A stretch of DNA of 54,492 nucleotides from Oscillospiraceae bacterium (lineage in GTDB: Bacteria > Bacillota > Clostridia > Oscillospirales > WRJC01), in contig WRMA01000003.1 in assembly GCA_009777355.1 (NCBI GenBank), positions 1-54,492 of the forward strand, in the 5' to 3' direction. How positions within the stretch are numbered: position 1 is the first letter of the stretch; every line of letters starts with the position of its first letter. Below, piece after piece: positions 49,183-54,492 of the stretch. The position numbers and the translations under genes were made by a program. The notes under the pieces are model-generated. The model was given only the letters and a program-made list of their open reading frames with translations, was not told the DNA's origin and searched no databases.

Positions 49183-50139
49183 ATGGGCAAGATAAATATA
49201 GCCGACGGCGAATATAAAAATTTCGGCAGGTGTAAAATTATATCTAATAAATTCTGCGAAATATATGTCACGACTGATATTGGTCCGAGGATTATAAAGG
49301 CGAATTTAACGGATAAAGAAAATCTTATGTTTAATGATGTTGACAGAACTATGCGCGAGGACGTTTCGTCCGTTTTCGGCGAGGGAAAATACTGGCATAT
49401 CTACGGCGGGCACAGATTATGGGTGAGTCCTGAAGATATGCCGCGGACTTATTATCCCGATAACGAACCCGTCGCGGTCAGTATCGACGATATAAACGGC
49501 AGGATATTATTTACGCCTCCGGTTCAGAAAATAAATAATTTACAGCACAGTCTCGAAATAGAGATGAGCGGAGATAAGCCGAATATTAAAGTTACGCATA
49601 AAATAGAGAATACCGGCGAAAAAGAAATAACCGGGGCAATCTGGGCGCTATCTGTTATGACGGACGGGGGAATCGTTGTTTGTCCGCAGCCAGACGAAGA
49701 CACGGGGCTTTTGGGTAACAGACTTTTGGCTTTGTGGCCTTATTCAAAAATGACCGATTCGAGAGTTAATTTTTTTGATAAATATATAACCGTCAGACAG
49801 GACGGAAACATAAGCGAAAAATTTAAGTTCGGCATAAATAATACTAAAGGCTGGCTCGCGTATTATAATCACGGGCAGATATTAAAGAAAATTTACGAGC
49901 CGAATCACAGTAATAATAAAACCTATCCAGACGGAGGAATGTCGACTGAAGTGTTCGCGAATAATTTGTTTGTCGAAGCCGAAACTTTGTCCGAACTCAG
50001 GACAATAAAGCATGGAGAAAGTATAACGCATACCGAAATCTGGGAATTGATAGAAGTAAAAGATTCTGAAACTCCGGATTTTGATTTTAACTCCAATCAG
50101 GATAAAACCGATGCGTTTGTGAGAAAATATATAATATAA
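49183..50139 (+). CDS. Conserved hypothetical protein (possible mutarotase-like beta-sandwich)
   Basis: TTDIGPRII, YGGHRLWVSPE, TYYPDN, YPDGG, HTEIW; in a sugar-catabolic run. Confidence 0.55.
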   Translation: MGKINIADGEYKNFGRCKIISNKFCEIYVTTDIGPRIIKANLTDKENLMFNDVDRTMREDVSSVFGEGKYWHIYGGHRLWVSPEDMPRTYYPDNEPVAVSIDDINGRILFTPPVQKINNLQHSLEIEMSGDKPNIKVTHKIENTGEKEITGAIWALSVMTDGGIVVCPQPDEDTGLLGNRLLALWPYSKMTDSRVNFFDKYITVRQDGNISEKFKFGINNTKGWLAYYNHGQILKKIYEPNHSNNKTYPDGGMSTEVFANNLFVEAETLSELRTIKHGESITHTEIWELIEVKDSETPDFDFNSNQDKTDAFVRKYII

Positions 50140-50163
50140 TAACAAAACTTGGAGAAGAATATT

Positions 50164-51294
50164 TTGATAGTACAGTTAGAACTGCAGGAAGCGAAAAAAG
50201 AACTCGGGGATATAATATCACAGATAAAACAACTCGGGGAAAATATAAGAATACGGGACGTTGAGAGGGAACATAAAGAATATTCGGAGAAAATAAATTC
50301 GGACGGGTTTTGGGATAATATAACGGACGCGAACTCGATTTTGAAAAAATCGAAGATTTTATCCGGGAAAATAAAAGATTTCAGAAACGTCGAAACTGCG
50401 GCGGATTCAGCCTTTGAACTTGCTTCTATGGCGATTTCTGAAAACGACGAGAGCTTAACTCAGGATATTTTACGCGAAACGTCGCGAATCAAAAAAGATT
50501 TTTCGGCTCTTGAACTCGGGATTCTTCTGGACGGAGAGTATGATTTAAATAACGCGATTATATCTATTCACCCCGGAGCGGGAGGAACGGAAGCGCAGGA
50601 CTGGGCGGAAATGCTCTACAGAATGTATATGCGCTACGCCGAAAAGCATAGCTTTAAAATAAAGACTCTCGATTATCTCGAAGGAGACGGCGCGGGAATA
50701 AAATCCGTTACTTTTTCTGTCTCGGGTTCAAACGCTTTCGGGTATCTCAAAAGCGAAAACGGAGTGCACAGGCTCGTAAGAATATCGCCGTTCAACGCGG
50801 CGGGCAAACGCATGACGTCTTTCGCGTCGGTTGAAGTGATACCCGAAATCGACGACGAGGCGTACACTAAAATAGAAATCAAACCCGAAGATTTGAGAAT
50901 CGAGTCGCACAGGGCGAGCGGCGCGGGAGGTCAGCACGTAAACAAAACAGATTCGGCTGTGCGAGTAATACACATACCGACGGGAATAACGGTCGGCTGC
51001 CAGAGCGAGAGAAGTCAGAACCAAAACAGGGAAACGGCAATCAAAATGCTTAAGAGCAGACTTCTCGAAATAAAAGAGCGGGAGCATCTGGAGAGAATCG
51101 ACGATATTAAAGGCGAGAAGTCGAATATAGAATGGGGTCATCAAATACGTTCGTATGTCTTTATGCCGTACACTCTGGTCACGGACAAACGCACGGGATA
51201 CGAAAACGGTAACGTTTCGGCCGTGATGGACGGCGATTTGGACGGGTTTATCAAAGCTTATCTTACTTTTCTTTTTGCGGAAAAAGAAAAGTAA
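50164..51294 (+). CDS. prfB: Peptide chain release factor 2, continuous ORF
   Basis: GAGGTEAQDW, SPF anticodon motif (RISPFN), GAGGQHVNK, WGHQIRSY; TTG 50164 behind GGAG. Confidence 0.96.
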   Translation: MIVQLELQEAKKELGDIISQIKQLGENIRIRDVEREHKEYSEKINSDGFWDNITDANSILKKSKILSGKIKDFRNVETAADSAFELASMAISENDESLTQDILRETSRIKKDFSALELGILLDGEYDLNNAIISIHPGAGGTEAQDWAEMLYRMYMRYAEKHSFKIKTLDYLEGDGAGIKSVTFSVSGSNAFGYLKSENGVHRLVRISPFNAAGKRMTSFASVEVIPEIDDEAYTKIEIKPEDLRIESHRASGAGGQHVNKTDSAVRVIHIPTGITVGCQSERSQNQNRETAIKMLKSRLLEIKEREHLERIDDIKGEKSNIEWGHQIRSYVFMPYTLVTDKRTGYENGNVSAVMDGDLDGFIKAYLTFLFAEKEK

Positions 51295-51306
51295 GCAAAA
51301 GAAAAA
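51262..51306. repeat. Family-C palindrome overlapping the prfB 3' end
   Basis: CTTACTTTTCTTTTT-gcgg-AAAAAGAAAAGTAAG-CAAAAGAAAAA; contains the prfB TAA. Confidence 0.7.
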
Positions 51307-51359
51307 CGGTAAAAATAAAATAATATATATTTTTTTAAAATTTTAAGGAGGAAGAATCA

Positions 51360-51686
51360 ATGAAAAAAATCAGGTCTTTTAAACTATTTGCGGGGATTGC
51401 TCTATTTGTCGATACTCTGACTTTAATAACGGTCATAATCGTTTTGTCAATCCAGAAGAAAAGCATACCGAAGGCTATAATAGCCTCCCTCGCCGCAAGC
51501 GGCGTCGTATCGGCCCTGCTGCTGCTGTCTTACAAAAAAGACGAGAAACGCAGAAAAAAACTGCGTGAAATGGACGCTTTTTATGATTACGACTACGAAG
51601 CGGCGTATAACTCGGACGTTCAGGACGACGAAGATTTCGGGCTTGACCTTGACGACGGCGTCAGACTCGTCGGAAACGACGACTGA
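51360..51686 (+). CDS. Hypothetical two-TM membrane protein with acidic tail
   Basis: Strong RBS AAGGAGG; two hydrophobic segments; D/E-rich C-terminus. Confidence 0.7.
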   Translation: MKKIRSFKLFAGIALFVDTLTLITVIIVLSIQKKSIPKAIIASLAASGVVSALLLLSYKKDEKRRKKLREMDAFYDYDYEAAYNSDVQDDEDFGLDLDDGVRLVGNDD

Positions 51687-51699
51687 TATGTTTTGTTAT

Positions 51700-51807
51700 G
51701 TAGGGCGCGGCTTCCATGCCGCGCCGTTGGCGAAAAACCCCCGAGCCGCTGATAAAAACTAACGCGAAATGGGGAAATTGCGGTCGGGCATGGAAGCCCG
51801 ACCCTAC
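51700..51807. repeat. GTAG REP doublet (family A3)
   Basis: GTAGGGCGCGGCTTCCATGCCGCGCC...GGTCGGGCATGGAAGCCCGACCCTAC. Confidence 0.75.
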
Positions 51808-51855
51808 GGTAAACATGAAAATTAATATAAAAAAATAAAAGAGAGGCAATTAAAA

Positions 51856-53256
51856 ATGCAGCGGGAAAACAACTCTAAAATAACTATGGATAAATTAGTG
51901 GCCCTGTGTAAAAACAGGGGATATATTTACGCGGGCTCTGAAATTTACGGAGGTCTCGCGAACACGTGGGATTACGGTCCGCTCGGCGTCGAATTTAAAA
52001 ACAACGTCAAAAAAGCTTGGTGGAAAAAATTTGTGAGAGAGTCTAAATATAACGTCGGGCTGGATTCTTCTATTCTACTTAATCCGCAGGTCTGGACGGC
52101 TTCGGGTCACGTCGTTAATTTCAACGACCCGTTAATCGACTGCAAAGGCTGTAAAATGCGTCATAGAGCGGATAAATTAATCGAAGAATGGGCGGAGAAA
52201 AATAATATAGACGCAAAGACGGAAACTATGCCGCACGAGGCTATGACGGAATATATAAGAAATAATAAAGTTGAGTGTCCTCACTGCAATAAGTCTGATT
52301 TTACGGATATACGCAAATTTAACATGATGTTCAAGACTTTTCAGGGAGTGACAGAGGACAGTCAGACCGAATTATATTTGAGACCGGAGACGGCGCAGGG
52401 GATTTTTATTAATTTTAAGAATATCCAGAGAACGTCGAGAAAAAAAATCCCGTTCGGGATTGCGCAAATAGGCAAATCGTTCAGAAACGAGATTACGCCC
52501 GGGAATTTTATATTCAGAACCCGTGAATTTGAACAGATGGAACTTCAGTTTTTCTGTAAACCCGATACTGATTTGGAATGGTTTGACTACTGGAAAGAAT
52601 ATTGCCGGAAGTTTTTGCTTGGCTTGGGAATAAAAGAGGAGAATTTGAAATTCAGGGACCACGCGAAAGAAGAGCTGTCGCATTATTCGAAGGCGACGAC
52701 CGACGTCGAATATCTGTTCCCGTTCGGCTGGGGTGAGTTATGGGGTATTGCGGACAGGACGGATTTTGACCTGACGCAGCACATGAATCATTCGGGAGAG
52801 AATTTAGAGTATAGTAATCCCGACGCGGGGGAGAGATTTATTCCGTATGTTATAGAACCGTCGCTCGGAGTCGAGAGACTGTGCTTGGTTTTACTGTGCG
52901 ACGCATACGACGAAGAAGAAATCGGCGAGGGGGATTCGAGGGTCGTTTTGAGACTTCACCCGTTCGTCGCGCCGGTAAAGGCGGCGGTTCTGCCGCTGTC
53001 GAAAAAATTATCTGAACCGGCAATGAAAATTTATGAAGAATTATCGAAATATTTTGCGGTAGAATACGACGACGCGGGGTCGATTGGGAAGAGATACAGA
53101 AGACAGGACGAAATCGGCACGCCGTTTTGCGTAACCGTCGATTTTGACACGCTCGAAAACGGTACGGTTACGGTCAGAGACAGGGATTTAATGTCGCAAA
53201 TCAGGATAAAATCTGATGAGCTTCGCGAATATATAGCGAAAAACACAGAATTTTAA
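51856..53256 (+). CDS. glyQS: Glycine--tRNA ligase, alpha2 (GlyRS-1) type
   Basis: [62 protein letters not shown]. Confidence 0.97.
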   Translation: MQRENNSKITMDKLVALCKNRGYIYAGSEIYGGLANTWDYGPLGVEFKNNVKKAWWKKFVRESKYNVGLDSSILLNPQVWTASGHVVNFNDPLIDCKGCKMRHRADKLIEEWAEKNNIDAKTETMPHEAMTEYIRNNKVECPHCNKSDFTDIRKFNMMFKTFQGVTEDSQTELYLRPETAQGIFINFKNIQRTSRKKIPFGIAQIGKSFRNEITPGNFIFRTREFEQMELQFFCKPDTDLEWFDYWKEYCRKFLLGLGIKEENLKFRDHAKEELSHYSKATTDVEYLFPFGWGELWGIADRTDFDLTQHMNHSGENLEYSNPDAGERFIPYVIEPSLGVERLCLVLLCDAYDEEEIGEGDSRVVLRLHPFVAPVKAAVLPLSKKLSEPAMKIYEELSKYFAVEYDDAGSIGKRYRRQDEIGTPFCVTVDFDTLENGTVTVRDRDLMSQIRIKSDELREYIAKNTEF

Positions 53257-53298
53257 AGAAAATTTCACATATTAGGCGTTTAATTTTATAATATATGC

Positions 53299-53327
53299 TT
53301 GACATAATCATAAAATAATAATAAAAT
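53299..53327 (+). promoter_or_regulatory. sigmaA promoter of the solute-binding lipoprotein gene
   Basis: TTGACA-17-TAAAAT. Confidence 0.55.
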
Positions 53328-53383
53328 ATAAATAATTTTAATAAGTGTGAATTAATATAAATTTTATTCGGAGGATATATTAT

Positions 53384-54492
53384 ATGAAAAAAATAATTGC
53401 GTTTATGATTATTTTCGCGTTTATTTCCGCGATTTTGATTTCGTGCGGGGATAATAATACAGATGGGAATAATACCGGCGGAGACGACGTTCCCGGGCAG
53501 GACGCGCCCGGACTAGGCGGCGAAGACGAAGGAAATCCCGCGGAGGCTAAAATACTGCCCGATTTACCCGAGGACGTTCGTTATGACGGACAAACGTTCA
53601 CGTTTCTTGCCCACAAGCAGGATACCCCCGGCTGGGACTGGGTAGAGTCCGACCCGAGGGAACTCGTCGCCGAAGAAGAGAACAGCGAGCCGATTAACGA
53701 CGCCGTCTACGCGAGAAACATGGCAATCAGAGAAAAATACGGGATTGAGATAGCTATGTTTGCGGACTCGGCGGAAGATTCGATTATCAGGCGGGTCGTG
53801 AACGCGGGAGATTCTACCTACGACGCCGTTCTGATATATAATAATAACGTTCCCGGAGTCGTTACGGGGGGAGCGCTTGCGGAAGTTTCGACGCTGCCGT
53901 ATATAGATTTAAGCAAACCCTGGTGGGACCCGGGAGTAAACGGAATGTCGATAGCCAACAAACAGTTTCTTTTGGCGGGCGATTTACTGATTCTGGACAA
54001 CGAAGCGACGAACGCGATTATCTTTAATAAGGATTTGATGGCGACTCTCGGAATGGAGCTGCCGTACGGTCTCGTAAACGAAGGCAAATGGACGTTCGAC
54101 GCGATGCTCGAGATGACGAAGGACGTCGAAATGGACTTGAACGGCGACGGCGTTTTGAACTATGCCGACGACAGATTCTCGTTTATGGTGTTCAACGACA
54201 CGCTTCAGGCGTTTCTCGTCGCGGGGGGCGGACAGTTCTCGTCGAAGGACGCGAACGATATACCCTATATGAGCTTTGCGGACGAAAAGAGCCTCGCCGT
54301 TCTGGATAAGGCGATGGACTTGATGTACACGAACAGTAATCAGGGAGTATTTAACGTCCAGTCGGTAGACGCGGGCTCGGGAAACGTAACGTGGATGAGG
54401 GCGTATTACGACACGTTTTTTGAGGACAGGGCCCTGTTCATGTGGATAAGAATGAGGGTCGTCGAAGTGTTCAGGGGAATGGAGAGCAATTT
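53384..54492 (+). CDS. Extracellular solute-binding lipoprotein (ABC carbohydrate-binding type), 3'-partial; absent from ORF track
   Basis: ATG behind GGAGG; MKKIIAFMIIFAFISAILISC lipobox; INDAVYARN, PYIDLSKPWW, FNKDL, VNEGKWTFD, DLNGDG; frame open to window end. Confidence 0.85.
   Translation, partial: MKKIIAFMIIFAFISAILISCGDNNTDGNNTGGDDVPGQDAPGLGGEDEGNPAEAKILPDLPEDVRYDGQTFTFLAHKQDTPGWDWVESDPRELVAEEENSEPINDAVYARNMAIREKYGIEIAMFADSAEDSIIRRVVNAGDSTYDAVLIYNNNVPGVVTGGALAEVSTLPYIDLSKPWWDPGVNGMSIANKQFLLAGDLLILDNEATNAIIFNKDLMATLGMELPYGLVNEGKWTFDAMLEMTKDVEMDLNGDGVLNYADDRFSFMVFNDTLQAFLVAGGGQFSSKDANDIPYMSFADEKSLAVLDKAMDLMYTNSNQGVFNVQSVDAGSGNVTWMRAYYDTFFEDRALFMWIRMRVVEVFRGMESN

Noticed and set aside
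53818-54309. ORF-track ORFs 53818-54087 (-) and 54088-54309 (+)
   Set aside because: Shadows of the open solute-binding lipoprotein frame starting at 53384.

Overview
A mostly core-genome window from a spore-forming Clostridia/Oscillospiraceae-like Firmicute (inferred from yabP/yabQ, the str operon, rpsB-tsf, the alpha2-type GlyRS and sigmaA-type promoters). It holds about 50 CDS covering translation, glycolysis, the MEP pathway, a 2-oxoacid:ferredoxin oxidoreductase operon and sugar catabolism. Three genes are missing from the ORF track: a partial HD-GYP gene (<1-798), a 56-aa 2[4Fe-4S] ferredoxin (45530-45700) and a partial sugar-binding lipoprotein (53384->54492). I found no rRNA, tRNA, CRISPR array or transposase gene. 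The main observations are: (1) a stand-alone COG2403/ArcE-like ATPase whose promoter is covered by tandem ARG boxes, suggesting an ArgR-repressed one-step citrulline-to-arginine route; (2) several REP-like palindrome families, some packaged in two kinds of TIR/TSD-bounded MITE shells, with one inverted pair bracketing rpsB-tsf and single units supplying coding sequence to ispE, prfB and an oxidoreductase; (3) two related orphan promoter-hairpin-terminator sRNA cassettes resembling type I antitoxins, plus a third short transcript; (4) an S12 carrying both classic streptomycin-resistance substitutions; (5) thrS sandwiched between HEPN/MNT and RelBE-like TA modules; and (6) prfB without its programmed frameshift. 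All family calls come from motif recognition, not database searches.
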